NCBI RefSeq assembly: GCF_023055435.1
Contig: NW_025963902.1
Span: 3,968,001-4,032,000 of the forward strand
DNA: 64,000 nt
Source of the DNA: Haliotis rufescens
Lineage: Eukaryota
Direction: 5' to 3'
Below, in pieces: positions 1 to 13,255 of this stretch. Position numbers and translations under genes: made by a program. How positions within the stretch are numbered: the first letter of the stretch is position 1; the number at the start of each line of letters is the position of its first letter. The notes beneath the pieces were generated by a model. That model saw nothing but the letters and a program-made list of their open reading frames with translations, was not told where the DNA came from and ran no database searches.

Positions 1-89
1 TAAGAATCGGAATTTTTTTTGGATTTGCAAAATAGAAAGAGAATCTGGACAAGAAAGTGTAGCTTAGGCTTTAAAGGTATAATACAAAC

Positions 90-340
90 AGACCACTGAC
101 ACCGCTTCTTCTGTTTCACATGTACATTGAGATTCAGAATGACAAAACTCTCCACGAGTCTATATGACAAAAGGATGACTTTAACTTTAAAATACTTCAG
201 TAGTTCCCTTTCATTTTTAGCAATATATATGTTGAGCAATATTCCAGCAGGTCTAAACTTTGGTGTCTAAGTTTCACAACTTTTCAGGTACGATCGAGTA
301 AGCTCTTTTATTACGAAGATTTCAAAGAAGGTCATATGAT
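90..340 (+). mobile_element. Decayed Penelope-like reverse transcriptase fragment
   Basis: Frameshifted translation resembles LSTSLYDKRDDFNF...SNIPAGPxxGVYVSQLxRY, the Penelope-like RT C-terminal region. Confidence 0.65.
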
Positions 341-1289
341 TTCGGTACTCAAGGGGCCACATACCCTCAGTACATGGTCAGGGTGATAAGAGTTACAACA
401 TTCAGGGGCTCAAGAAAGTGTAATGACACATGGAGGACATTTCCGACGAAATAACTTGGTGCAAATTAGCAACAGTGTTGCGATTGAATTATATATATAA
501 ATGTATATCAATGTTTATCAAGGGCTGATTTCTTGTCAATCTTGGCATGTGGTAGCAATTCAATAAGGAATGAATATTATCCGATCTGGCTGAATTGTTA
601 TAGGGCAAGAAATGGGGGAACGCATGAGCATTTCAATTTGCACGGAACTCACGTGCATCGGGTTACCATGGCCGTTGCCGTGATGCGTTTGGGCGATCGG
701 TTTTCTTCTGCTTTGATTTTTTATCATCAAATTTGATTTTTCCGGACAAGGTAATGTTAAATTTTAGAAAATTACCCAGATATTTAAATGACAACTTTTT
801 ATGCAATGTTACTTGGGGTGAGTTTTTGTTGCGGTTCAGTATAGTTTAGTATAGTAGCGCTTTCACATTTGCTTACATTCTTGATATTTTAACCTATGGA
901 GGCATTGACCTTTCACACAAGTCATCAACAGACTAAGAGAACCTGGAGACCAATTCTAAAGTCCGTATATGCCTAATTTGGTGATTAGTTTATAATTAAA
1001 TGTTAAGTAATTTGGAAAGCTGTGTCTGAACGTACTTCATTAGCCTTACTTCACTGGACTATGCAAGAACGGTGGCAATATAGTATATATGAGAGCTGTT
1101 TAAGTATGAAACTCTTACTAGTACAATGAGCATGTTGAAGACAACATTTGACATGCAACTGATTTCCCACTCTTCACGAAGAGCCAATAGTTTGTTGTTC
1201 TACGAGTTCATTGTACGATTCCGACTAATGTATTTTGAATGTGTTTATGAATCATCATCATTTTTACGACTCACTAGGAAGTTTACTTT

Positions 1290-3485
1290 AAGGAAATAAG
1301 TACGTACAACTTTATGGATAACAACTTCTGGTTTATTGTATATAGCGACGTTTCCATGTAGATTCTTACACAGTTATCAAGCTGGAGTGACCACAACCAA
1401 GTGATGAGAAGTATGTGTGTATGACATGTTGTGATAAGCAGCAGATTAACATTGCCAACAGGTAATAGGTAACAAGTTAATACAGTTAACTGGATGAAGC
1501 CAAATGTACAGTAAGAATATGGTGATGGCTTTGGTTCTCCGATGTCTGATTCTCTCAGTGACAAGCCTCTAGGATGCAATATGGATGATGGCTTTGGCAG
1601 TTGTTGAATTGGTTGATTCTCAGGCCTTTTTAAATGACCTGATTGTCTCTGCATCGCATGAGGAAGATGAGGAGGTTGCTGGATTGGATGTACTTATTTT
1701 TAAGTCGATTGAGGTTGTTGATGGTGTTAACTGCCACGTCTCCATGTAGACGACTTACTAACTGTTTGATTGGCATTCTAGAAATAGATAAGTAAGTAAG
1801 AAAACGTACAACTTTATGGATAACAACTTCTGATTTATGCATATAGCAAAGTATCCATGTAGATTCTTACACCGTTATCAAGCTGGAGTGACAACAACCA
1901 AGTGATGAGAAGTATGTGTGTATGACATGTTGTGATAAGCAGCAGATTAACATTGCCAACAGGTAATAGATAACAAGTTAATACAGTTAACTGGATGAAG
2001 CCAAATGTACAGTAAGAATATGGTGATGGCTTTGGTTCTCCGGTGTCTTATTCTCTCAGTGACAAGCCTCTAGGATGCAGCATGGAGGATGGCTTTGTCA
2101 AGATCACAGATAATATTGTATATATTAATTATATATTAGTACTTCAGATAGATGTATTATGGTATGGTTACATTAGTATATTAAGCTTAGCGGGTTGTTT
2201 TTAGATATTGTCAGGTAATACTATGGAACAAGTTAGGTTCAGGGAAGCGTGACTGGGTACGGGTGATAGCTGGGGAGTTAATTGGTGTAACAATAGGGAG
2301 GTCAGGGGTAGCTTGGGCTTTGGGGTCAGTTTAAATAGCGGGGCAGGGTAATAATTTGTACAGTCAGCCGGAATCAGTATGGTCATGTAAGGCATGGACT
2401 AACATTGTGGGAGACTTCTACTCTGGTTGGCGTAAGTTTTTACATTTATTATTTCATGTAGAATTGTACTTTAGAGGATTGAATTTTGAGTTATGTATTG
2501 TTTTCAAATGTAATTATATACACATACTGATTGTAATAACGTAAAGCCACTGTAACAATAACCACAACATGAGCAAAGTATAAACAGTTCAACTCAGTAA
2601 TATGTAAATCGGAGTATTGGTGCATTGCTGTATGTATTGTGAGGTAGTGACACATACCTCAGTAACTGTAATTGATTATATTATATTGTAGTGTCCCGGA
2701 ACTGGCCTGTTAACCTTATAGTACGTAGGAGGGAAGAAGTACCTCCGTTAGTACGTAGGAGGAAGTATCAACCTCCAACATCACGTAAGGAGAGAAGATC
2801 TCCGTCCCTACGTAAGGAGAGAAGTATCTCCGTTTCCGTGTGCACATCATAGGATGAACACAGCCGTGGCATCCAAGTAAACAGGCACCCTTAACTCCGT
2901 AGGGACAACATGGTGGAAAGATCACCATTCGATATTACGAGGAAGAATTCTCGTGTGAACTGCTCAGTAACATCAGAGATTCCAAAGTTCTGTATACAAC
3001 TGTTGTGACAGTGACAGTGGAGTGGCTTTGTATCTTTTGGTTTTGTTTTTTGGGGGTGTGTTTTTGTGTTGTATATATTTATACCCACAAAGTTATTACT
3101 GTGTATTAGTTGTGTTATTCTTAGAACATTTGTATTAGTGTTAGTATTGTTAAAAGTAGACTAGTAGTATTAAGATAGTGTATCGTGATAGTTGTATTGT
3201 TAGTAGTAGATAGTTGTATTATTAGTAGTAGACATTTGTACTGTTAGTATTAAGATATTAGTATTAGTAGTAGATGGTAGTATTGTTAGTTGTAGGAGAA
3301 GCTAGTTTAGTTAGTTGTGTTAGTTAATTTGGTATTAGTTTGTATTTAAATATTGTTATTGGGTTTTAAAATTAACTTAAGGGAGGGAATAAATCTTTAT
3401 TACAACTTCATTTGTGTTTGTGGTTGATTCAATACGTGACAGGCTTGGCAATGAGTTGTCTGTTGAGTTGATTCTCAGGCCCTTT
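1290..3485. mobile_element. Composite insertion with an internal ~295-bp direct duplication
   Basis: Flanked by a 13-bp direct repeat GGAAGTTTACTTT (1277-1289 and 3486-3498). Internal copies are 1302-1596 and 1804-2095, the second continuing after 3442. It is absent from the paralogous upstream block near 38110. Confidence 0.55.
2096..3441 (+). mobile_element. Solo LTR
   Basis: Ends are TGTCA...TGACA with a 5-bp TSD GGCTT (2091-2095 and 3442-3446). AATAAA lies near the 3' end and there is no long ORF. Confidence 0.75.
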
Positions 3486-4178
3486 GGAAGTTTACTTTGT
3501 AAGTTTCGTTATGGGAATACCATATAGTTTAATTCTGTAGTTTTGAAGTAGAACGATTTTTTTAATTTGGTGCTAACGGACGGATGGATGACATAAGCTT
3601 ACTTTGACGGTAGGGAAATGATTTTGCTCGAAGACACAAAGGAAGAATTATGTGTGTTCATCATATTCGTATTATCGGCTTTGTAAATCTGATTATTTCT
3701 TATATGAACAACATTGTGTACAGCCTCTTTAAGGATATCAGTAAAAAGTACACGCTTTAAAAATATTTACCCGTATTTAAATAACGATGACTCCCCGAGT
3801 ATAATCCGACCCCGGCAATGTCGGACAAGTCCTATTTATGAACAGGGGGGTTAAATTGGGTCTTTCGCGTATATTCGCACAATTTTCACGTCGACTATCT
3901 GTACCTTTTCCCCCTCCAATACCGATTGTCATCTCTCTCACCATTTTGGATGGGATCGTTCGACCACTGCGTTTATCTACGTTGCCCAGCTACATCTATG
4001 GGGAACAACTCACTGGACACTTCCCTCTCAAAAATAACGTCGTCCAATTTACCACGTTATCAAGTGACAAGAGCATGTTCGAATCTCCAGTCATAACGTC
4101 ATGATAAAATAATGTTTTATCTGGAAATCAACCACGTATGTAGCGACCAGAGCTGGGATAAACAGTCCACAATTTCGT

Positions 4179-4475
4179 TAAACGGGTGTTGGATCGTAAA
4201 GACATGTAAGTTTCCCTTAGACCGAAAACGGGTGTTGGATCATAAAGACATGTAAGTTTCCCTAAGACCGAAAACGGGTGTTGGATCATAAAGACGTGTA
4301 AGTTTCCCTAAGACCGAAAACGGGTGTTGGATCATAAAGACATGTAAGTTTCCCTTAGGCCGAAAACGGATGTTGGATCGTAAGATGTGTAAGTTTCTCT
4401 AAGACCGAAAACGGGTGTTGGATCGTAAAGACATGTAAGTTTCTCTAAGACCGAAAACGGGTGTTGGATCATAAA
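4179..4475. repeat. ~46-bp minisatellite, ~6.5 copies, upstream of gene 1
   Basis: Unit AAAACGGGTGTTGGATCATAAAGACATGTAAGTTTCCCTAAGACCG. Confidence 0.9.
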
Positions 4476-4699
4476 GCGAGAATCACCGGAGCGTTAGGCA
4501 CGGTAACGGTATAGCAAGACAGCGGTAGCACTATAGCGCGGTAATTGAGTGGATGGTAGAGCTCGGGCTGCGCCCGGTGAACTGCATTATTGCCAAGTTT
4601 TGTTATGTGCAATGTTGTCTCGTATATACGGCCACTGACATTTTGTTTAGAGGAGACAGAATGACCCAGTTTCGTTTATCAGTCACATGCCCCATAAGG

Positions 4700-4707
4700 T
4701 ATAAATA
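4700..4707 (+). promoter_or_regulatory. TATA box of gene 1
   Basis: TATAAATA 43 nt upstream of the ATG. The same motif sits at the equivalent position before the paralogous exon at 39110. Confidence 0.65.
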
Positions 4708-4742
4708 GATTTTCTGAACTGAACCAGACCACTCCTTTCACC

Positions 4743-7700
4743 ATGGCCTCAGATCATAGAGAAGAAAAATCTATGTTGTAAGTCTTTACTGAAGATCATA
4801 TTTTCAGAATTATTTCTCAGTGTTATTCCGCATGTTTATTGACTAGGTATTTGAATTATCTCACGTTTTGAGGTACTTCTTGTACAGGGACGGGCTTTGC
4901 TTGCTGAATCGAGTGCTGGGTCAGCGTGACCTGTATCTCGTCAATGCAAGGTCCATTCACTCCTGTGTGTACATACTATTGTGTGTTGAAGGTGCTCAAA
5001 AGAAACTACTCCTTACTTCTTCTTATGACTATTGTTGCTATGACTACGGTGTGTTGACGGTACATGCATATTCTCAAACTACTCGGGTACGTCCATGGAT
5101 TAATAGATATATAATTAGTTACGGATACATATACATATCTCGATCATGAATCGTGTTTCCAGAGATCCCGACCTGGGAGAGCTACCCGATCTGAGAAATT
5201 CGAAAGGACACGGATTCCATTGTTTCAAACATGATGGGGTGTACCTCTTTGTGCCGCCTCCATCCATGTTGAAGGGAGGTCATCCATTAGACAGAATCAA
5301 AAGTATCAAGGAAGCCGAACTGAAAGACGATGACGTCATTATCTTGGCGTATCCCAAGTGTGGTAGGTACACGATAGATCACGAAATGAGTGAGAAAATG
5401 TAATATCAAGGCGTGTTTCAGTTATATCAAGGCATGTCTTAGTGCTTTTACGGTATGTCTCAGTTATATTATAGCGTGTCTCAGTTATATTACAACATGT
5501 CTCAGTTATCTTACAGCGTGTCTCAGTTATATTACAGCGTGTCTCCGTTATAATACAGCGTGTCTCAGTTATATTACAATGTGTCTCAGTTATATTACAG
5601 CGTGTCTCAGTTATATTACAGCGTGTCTCCGTTCTATTACAATGTGTCTCCGTTATATTTCAACGTGTCTCAGTTATATTACAACGTGTCTCAGTGATAT
5701 TACAGCGTGTCTCAGTTATATTACAGCGTGTCTCAGTTATATTACAACGTGTCTCAGTTATATTACAGCGTGTCCCTGTTATATTACAGCGTGTCTCTGT
5801 TATATTACAGCGTGTCTCCGTTATATTACAGCGTGTCTCAGTTATATTACAATGTGACTCAGTTATATTACAGTGTGTCTCAGTTATATTACAACATGTC
5901 TCAGTTATCTTACAGCGTGTCTCCTTTATATTACAGCGTGTCTCCGTTATAATACAGCGTGTCTCAGTTATATTACAATGTGTCTCAGTTATATTACAGC
6001 GTGTCTCAGTTATATTACAGTGTGTCTCCGTTCTATTACAATGTGTCTCAGTTATATTACAATGTGTCTCAGTTATATTACAGCGTGTCTCCGTTATATT
6101 ACAGCGTGTCTCAGTTATATTACAACGTGTCTCAGTTATATTACAGCGTGTCTCCGTTATATTACAGCGTGTCTCAGCTATATTACAACTTGTCTCAGTT
6201 ATATTACAACGTGTCTCAGTTATATTACAACGTGTCTCAGTTATATTACAGCGTGTCTCCGTTATATTACAGCGTGTCTCAGTTATATTACAATGTGACT
6301 CAGTTATATTACAGTGTGTCTCAATTATATTACAGTGTCTCAGTTAAATAACAGCGTGTCTCTGTTATATAATACAGCGAATTTCAGTTACATAACAACG
6401 TGTCTCAGTTATAACACAACGTGTTAGTTGGAGGAATGGCCGATTAAACGCCAATCATAAGCCAGTCACTTTGTCGATCATAACCTAGGCGAATCTGTGA
6501 CATAATTCCCGAGAAGCGGAACCTGGTACGGCAAAGGGACCCAACTCTGCTGGTCGAAGTGCAGCGCCTTGGGCCACAGGCCCGACCGTCCTCCAAGATA
6601 ATACTAGAATTACGTTTTGATATGATAATAATGTACAATGTACAATAAGTACAAGAGGAAGAACATTAAGTATGCTGGGATGGATGTTGCTTCTGGAATG
6701 ATTCTCTCTCTCTCACACCTCTCTCTCTCACACACCCAGTCACACACACATAAACACAAACACACACTCTTTCTCTCACACAGACACCCATACGCGCACG
6801 CGCACGCACGCACACACACACACAAACACACACACACACACTTCAGCGCTGGGTGGGACTAGGGTGATCTAATGTTTCAAAGTCCATCAAGCTGGATGTT
6901 TCCAGGCAGTGTATATGTTCTACAGCAGAACTTTCAACAAACTCCAACATTTTTTTATAGCAATTTAAGGTTGGCCTTTTCGGTGAAAGATTGACTGAAC
7001 TAATGTCAATCAAGCTTAATGTTCCTAGGCATGTTATATCTATATAGCAAACCTTCCATAATATTATATTGATACACCTAAAACAAATCTGTTTCAATTT
7101 GAGGTTAGAATTTTTGGTGAAAGACTGACCAGACATTTTTGTTTTAGGAACCCATTGGCTGTGGGAAGTCCTCGAGATGCTAATCAGTGGGACCATCCAG
7201 TACCAGAAGGATGTGAAAGAGACCCGGATGATGGAATTCCTCTTCAAAGATGGGATAGAAGCAGTGCCGCATCCACGGGTCTTCAACACCCACCTTCCTC
7301 TGCGCATGCTCCCTACACAGGTCGTGGAGAAGAAGGTCAAGTGTATTCAGATCATGCGAAACCCTAAAGATGCCTGTGTGTCCTTTTTCAACCACTGCAG
7401 AGATATGGAGAAACCGTATGGCTATGAAGGAGACTTCGCGGAGTTTACAGAGGCGTTTTTGTCAAGGAAAAGTAAGTACAGTGAGTGGTTGACCATTGTG
7501 TATTCTTCACGGTTCTGTGCACATAACATTCCTCCATCAACCTTGAATACATATTGCCACTTCGCGGAGTAGTCGCTATGTACAAACGGTAATGTTTCTC
7601 GCTTGGCAAAATCTGCAACATGTGCCATAGACTTGTGCTCATCTGACAGCGTCCGTTGTCTGGTGGATACAGCGTCTGCCCGGAGAGAGGAAAGTCGGTG

Positions 7701-10700
7701 GTTCGATCGCCTGACGGGCCATAACAAAAAACCGGCATTAACTCTCTGGATGCCGAGTTTTTTTTCTGACGCACATTTTTCGAAGATCGGAAAAGTGAAG
7801 GTTGTAGAGCAGGGACATATATGTCCCTCTGGCATCCAGGGGGTTAAGGAGAGGAAACAAAGACTGGTCAGCTCGGAGTCAGCATACCGGAATGGGGTAT
7901 TCATGTATAACTCACCGGATGCCGAGTTATGTTTCTCACACACATGTTCATAAGATATGAATCGTAAACGTGCGGCTTTGAATCTACTTAACTATCAAAT
8001 GGACTTGTATGCTCATGCATAACGATATACATTCGATACGAACACTAGCTTGCTGTAAATGGAGAAAATCGATTTTACCATGACGTCAAAAGCCGACAGT
8101 GAGGTGGACGCACGCCATACCAAAAGGGACATAAGTCGGCTACGCTTAGAACTTATCCACTGTAACTCAGCTACAAGCTGGAAATTGCTGTGGATAAAGT
8201 CAACGTATTTTCGTACTATTTGGTTCATGAACCAAACAATTCCAACGCAAATATCCACACTGAAACAGTACACGTTTTAAGTCTTTGAAAGGTATTTAGA
8301 ATTGATACACATAAGGTAGAGAATTTAAGGATGTCAACTTTTTTTATGAGGAACACAACGTTTCGGAGTATATACTTACTCCTTCATCACCTGTGTTCCT
8401 CATAATAGATAAGTTGACATCAATAAATTCTCTTCTTTAAGTACACGTTTTGGTAATATCACAGATGAAATAGTAGCACATAAATTAGGAAGTAATATCG
8501 AAATGGATGGCCCTGTATGACATGCACATTAATCATTAGATTCCCACATTCACCTGAATGTGTAAGTGTAATTTTGACAAATGCTGAATCATGAATAATG
8601 AATACTAAAAAAACTGACATTTTACTTGACGTCATGGCTGGCTTTAGGTCTTTGACGACGTCGGAGAAAGACAACATTAGTATTCTGATTAATATATATC
8701 TCACCTAATTTTCGTTCACTGTACGAAAAATCTCGATTTGGAAAAAGGTAATTGACGCTTTTTCGACCCAACATCTTTTATTGGACAAGACACGCACCTG
8801 TTTGACATCAATTTCACGTTAATCAAATGCCCAAATGAATATTTCAAAACTAACAAAAATAGGTTCAATACATGTATTTGTTCATTATTATGTGGATGTT
8901 TCTCTTCATCTCGTCTCAGTATTATGAAACAAAAGATGCGAAGAAAGCTCCTTTTGTATGGAAGTATCAGTAAAATCGACCCACGGGGTACAACACGGCA
9001 CGGTTTATATATGGGTTTTTTTCAAAATTTTTTGAGAAACAAAGTAAACAGTTAATATCCTGAAATCACCACAGTTAAAAAGTGTGAAACAATTGATTAT
9101 ATGACACAAAACGAGCGGAGCAATTCATTAATCGTTAGTGACAAACGCACATCTATCGAATCGTTAGACATCACCGTTCTGTCAATCAAACGACATAAAA
9201 CACAATTTAAAGACCAAGACAATTACTTGTATGCATATATATTTTTAAAAATAAACATTTTGTTAAAGTAAAATATTCAGTTTTAGTTTTGAAATAAAAT
9301 GATATGGCTACTCATTAACCTGTTCACACTCGAAGGGAATACCTACGTGTTACAGGTACCTTTACATTTCATGTTCTGACACTTCTCTGAAATGTCGTAT
9401 ACGAAACTAAACTTGTCAGTTCCTTATGTAAACAATGTTCAAGCAAACGGAGGATTATCAAAGGTTCATATATTTTGTGGCCTGTATCTACGCATGAAAT
9501 TGAACATTGATATATATCCATTGTGAAATTAATTGCGTGAAAAAATATGCAAAAGATACTAGAAATCAACATCATGATTTAAACTGTAAGCAGCAAGACA
9601 TGATGTACTTATATTCACCCGACCGTCACCTTTAAGAAATTACAAAATATGTGAAACAATATTGACGTAAGACGGATGACTGATAAAATTGCCCGTCCTC
9701 TGACATCAGTACGCGGGAGTTTATGAGGGTACATTCGTTGATTCACTGATCGTTTGTACATACATGTGTCCTGTAAGTCATCAGAAACATTCTGACAATC
9801 TGCGTATTGTTATTTGTTTTGATGTTCTTCATTGTAACCAGGAGACATACCCAAATGAACCGGTGTCGCTGTGGGTGATTTTGCGTCAGTCATGGCGTCA
9901 CGCGGGACGAAAACTTTGTCAATTTCTGTTAAATTTAGGATATCATTGTGATGTATCTATAATGAAAAGATTGTAAAAAATATAAGCAAATCAACAATGC
10001 TTGACTTCCTCACGTGTAACATCTCCGTGAAATTTTGGGGTAAGGCATTTCGTCAGAAGTAGGCATCCCCATGGGCACCAACTGTGCTCCCCTTCTTGTG
10101 GATCTGTTTTTTGTGTGCATATTAATCGGAATTCTGCTTGGATTGGCAAAGTCAAAACAAGGTAATTTGGCCAAGACTGTTTACATTGAGCTTCAGGTAT
10201 ATCAATGATCAGATATCGTTCAAAAACAATCAAATAGCCAATTTCATTCCACACATTTACCCCCTGAAATGGGAATAAAGTTCGCTTCATCTGTTTCATA
10301 TTTAGATCTATGCTTAAAGATTCAGAGTGATAAAGTACACTCCACAAGACGGGGTGACTTCAACTTTCCAACAGTCAACTTTCCCTTGTCGGGCAATATA
10401 TATCAGCAACTCCAGCCTTTGGTGTTACATTTCACAACTTTTGAGATTCAATCGAGCATGCTCTTTCTACTAAGATTACAAAGAGCATCAAAAGACTCTT
10501 GCTTAGAAGTTGTTTGATCAACATTCAAGGCCTCAATTAAACTTTCAAAAAGTTCAATGGCAGCACAAGTGGATGACATTTCCTAATTTGACGCTTCAGT
10601 GAGAAGGATGATATCCGTTGCAATTGCCAATTTTGACTTGTACTATATTTTCTCGTGTTTTTAAGGTGAACAATTGACATGCCTTTGCATGTGTTTGTAA

Positions 10701-13255
10701 CAGGTACCACCGGTGGGGCAGGATACGCTCACCCTTTCGCGAACACCTGGTATCATCACTTAGTCTATTTGATACGTAGTGATTCATAAACATATGCTCA
10801 TGGTGTAGTCGGAATCGTACAATGGAGTCTGCTTTATGCAGAGATTTCTGTTGGATATGGAAAGGGTTTGGTCGCTTTGTTGTTATGAATACGGAAGTTG
10901 TTTTGTCGTTTTTTTATTACATCATAACAACGAACTACGGATAAGTATTTGTTGACCTTCCACGTCTTCGAGTCCAGTTTGAGTGAAACCTGCCGATGCG
11001 ATGTTACATGAAGACAATGGCGACAGACAAAGCCCTTGTTCCCGTCCTGAGGTGGGGTCGAACTTGTATTCCCAAACACGTCGATGTCCTGTCCATTCGG
11101 GGTCACGACCTACAATGCAATGTTAGTAGTACGATTTTCAAGTCAAGGGTTAAGTATGGGTGTTACGACGATCGTTTTTTGGACCGTGATCACTTATATA
11201 CACGAACTTGACGTGTTTGTGAATACGCTTTCGACACTTCTCCAGAATAACTGCGAATGGACTCATAGAGGACATACTGTTTCAACTTTTTCTTCCTTAT
11301 TTTCAGTGCCGTTTGGATCCTATTCCAACTATCTCCTAGCGTGGAAAGACGAAGAGGCAGCTTCACCAGAATTACCTGTCCTTAATTTGTTTTATGAGGA
11401 CATGAAAATTGTGAGTATTTCTATCAGCTACAAACCTGCATCAATGGCGTTGTTGGCCAAACATGAGCCCGGTTTAACCGTAAACTATACGATCAATCTG
11501 CATATACAACCAAGGTTGTACCATATTGTACATATTCCTGTCCCGTTAATATAACAGTGTTTTGAGTGAATATCCGTCTAGATCCGGATTAGAATTGGCA
11601 TTTAGCAACATATCCTTGTCGTAAGAGCGGGATCGGGTTGTCAGGATCGCTGACTTGGTTGACACATGTCATGGTATCCGAGTCCAGAGTCGATTAATCA
11701 CAGACCGCCGTCTTCTAGCTGAAATATTGCCGAGTGCGGCATTAAACAACAATCACTCGAAAATCGTTTGAGTGAAAGGTAAGCAGAATTGACTCACTCA
11801 CTCCACTCAGGTTTTGTGCCTCATGGTCCAGGCTTCTATTAACATATATCATGGTCCAAAACACATGACCTATAATCTTTTCAAATTTGGCTGGGTAAAA
11901 AAACATCAAACAACACACTACTTCCAGGACCCTGTCAAGGCTGTTAAAGACATCGCCAAATTTCTAAAGCTGACATCCACCGACCAATTTTGTGAAGAGG
12001 TTGCGGCTGCATGTTCCTTTAAGAAGATGAAGAAGGTTGACCAGGAAATGAAAGGTGACCTTCCCTTGAAGATATGGAAAGATGGCACCGAAGGGACGTT
12101 CTACAGGAAAGGTATGATTCGTGTCATTTTAATTCTGGAAGCCCCGGACAACAGATCAATTAGCATTCCAAAATGTATTCTCAGCTCCCTGTGAGGTATA
12201 CAACCCACACTTGCCTGTACGTAAGAGACAAAGATTCTCAGCTCCAAGACAATAACAGAAGTACGTTTGTGGGTGTGCCCTAATGTTTTTTCCGTTTATG
12301 AAAACGTTGGTTGGTTAGGCAATTGAATGTCGCATCATCACTGGCAATTTATTTATGTAAAAAAATAATTAACCGTATTGTATCAATAATAATCGCTAGG
12401 ACGCATGATTTTGTCAACTTCTCTCGTTCGCATGCTCTTAATTTTATTTTTTTATGGGAATTCTTTTGTACCAAATTGCGATATTTAGACAGGATGTACA
12501 ATCCCGACACGTCAAATCAGGAAACAAAACACGAAAACCCAAGAAAATAGTGTTACGATTCCTGCGGTTTAGGCTCATGCATAATACCATAAGGTCAAGG
12601 TGCATGCGTTCCTATTCGTCCTGTGGGAATAATAGTTTGTCGACCGTATTTTCCCTTGTGGTAGGCGGAGGGGAGGGGGAAGATTAGAAGCAGGGTATTA
12701 TTTCCAAGACCCATAAATCAGATGTTCAGTATTATTGTTCATGTTATCATCGAATACTGGTATTGCTGCAAGATATACTGAACAACAAAAGTTCCTGTGA
12801 CATGTTTTTATACCCATTCTTGGGTAGTGAAATGCATGGGGCTTGCATAAAAGTCAACTTTTGCATGGAATGCATGCTTTTCTGTAGCAGTTGCGTTTTT
12901 GTGACTTGATTCCACACATATCGGCAAAATATTGAAAACCAAACTTTACTTGTTTGAAAAATACACTAAAATATTGGTGTCACAGGAACATTTGTTGTTG
13001 AGTATATGTTTGTGTTAGAAGTGTAACCAGCGTGCTCTGTATTTGAAGTCCATTGATATATTTCCATTACATGGCTTGTTGACAAACGTATGCCTGTTTA
13101 AAGTAGGCTCTCTTGTGTACATTTGTTTCTCTGTTTCAGGTGAAATCGGGGACTGGAAGAATTGGTTCACTGTTGCTGAAAACGAGAAATTTGATCAAAT
13201 ATGGAACGAGAAGATGAAGGATTCTGGGTTCAAGTTTACCTATACACCGATGTGA
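4743..13255 (+). CDS. Cytosolic sulfotransferase (SULT1-like), cluster gene 1, 6 exons, 320 aa
   Basis: Exons 4743-4777, 5163-5362, 7148-7471, 11307-11410, 11928-12111 and 13140-13255, all GT-AG, give a 963-nt open frame. Motifs: PSB loop YPKCGTHW, catalytic His NTHLP, 3'-[30 protein letters not shown] and dimer motif KxxxTVxxxE. Confidence 0.93.
5410..6422. repeat. 21-bp minisatellite in intron 2 of gene 1
   Basis: Unit TTATATTACAGCGTGTCTCAG, more than 40 copies; it generates spurious ORFs. Confidence 0.95.
6703..6841. repeat. (CT)n/(CA)n microsatellite
   Basis: Compound dinucleotide runs. Confidence 0.9.
7650..7945 (+). mobile_element. Old tRNA-derived SINE (family A) interrupted by a MITE
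   Basis: Degenerate match to the full copy at 47798-48158. Confidence 0.65.
7742..7843. mobile_element. 102-bp TTAA-targeting MITE (piggyBac-like)
   Basis: TTAA on both sides (7738-7741 and 7844-7847); TIRs CTCTCTGGATGCC / GGCATCCAGGGGG. Confidence 0.75.
8279..8439 (-). mobile_element. Miniature Penelope-like insertion with inverted repeat and hammerhead-like core
   Basis: 12-bp direct repeat AGTACACGTTTT (8267-8278 and 8440-8451). Inverted arms of about 40 bp enclose TGATGAAGGAGTA-AGTATA-TACTCCGAAACGTT on the minus strand. Confidence 0.55.
9990..10765 (+). mobile_element. Decayed Penelope-like retroelement (RT plus 3' region) in intron 3 of gene 1
   Basis: Motifs GIPMGTNCAPLLVDLF, FRYIND, SSVSYLDL and GDFNFPTVNFP are recognisable across frameshifts. 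Confidence 0.75.
11572..11752 (+). mobile_element. SINE family C (degenerate)
   Basis: Matches 23679-23926; an equivalent copy occurs in intron 4 of gene 3 (44810-44975). Confidence 0.65.

Noticed and set aside
5390-6351. Long ORFs with repeating CLSYITA / VILQRVS / SQLYYSV peptides
   Set aside because: They are translations of a 21-bp intronic minisatellite open in all three + frames, with no splice or start support.
6843-7395. Antisense and alternate-frame ORFs repeated at every exon 3 copy
   Set aside because: Shadows of the near-identical sulfotransferase exon 3.
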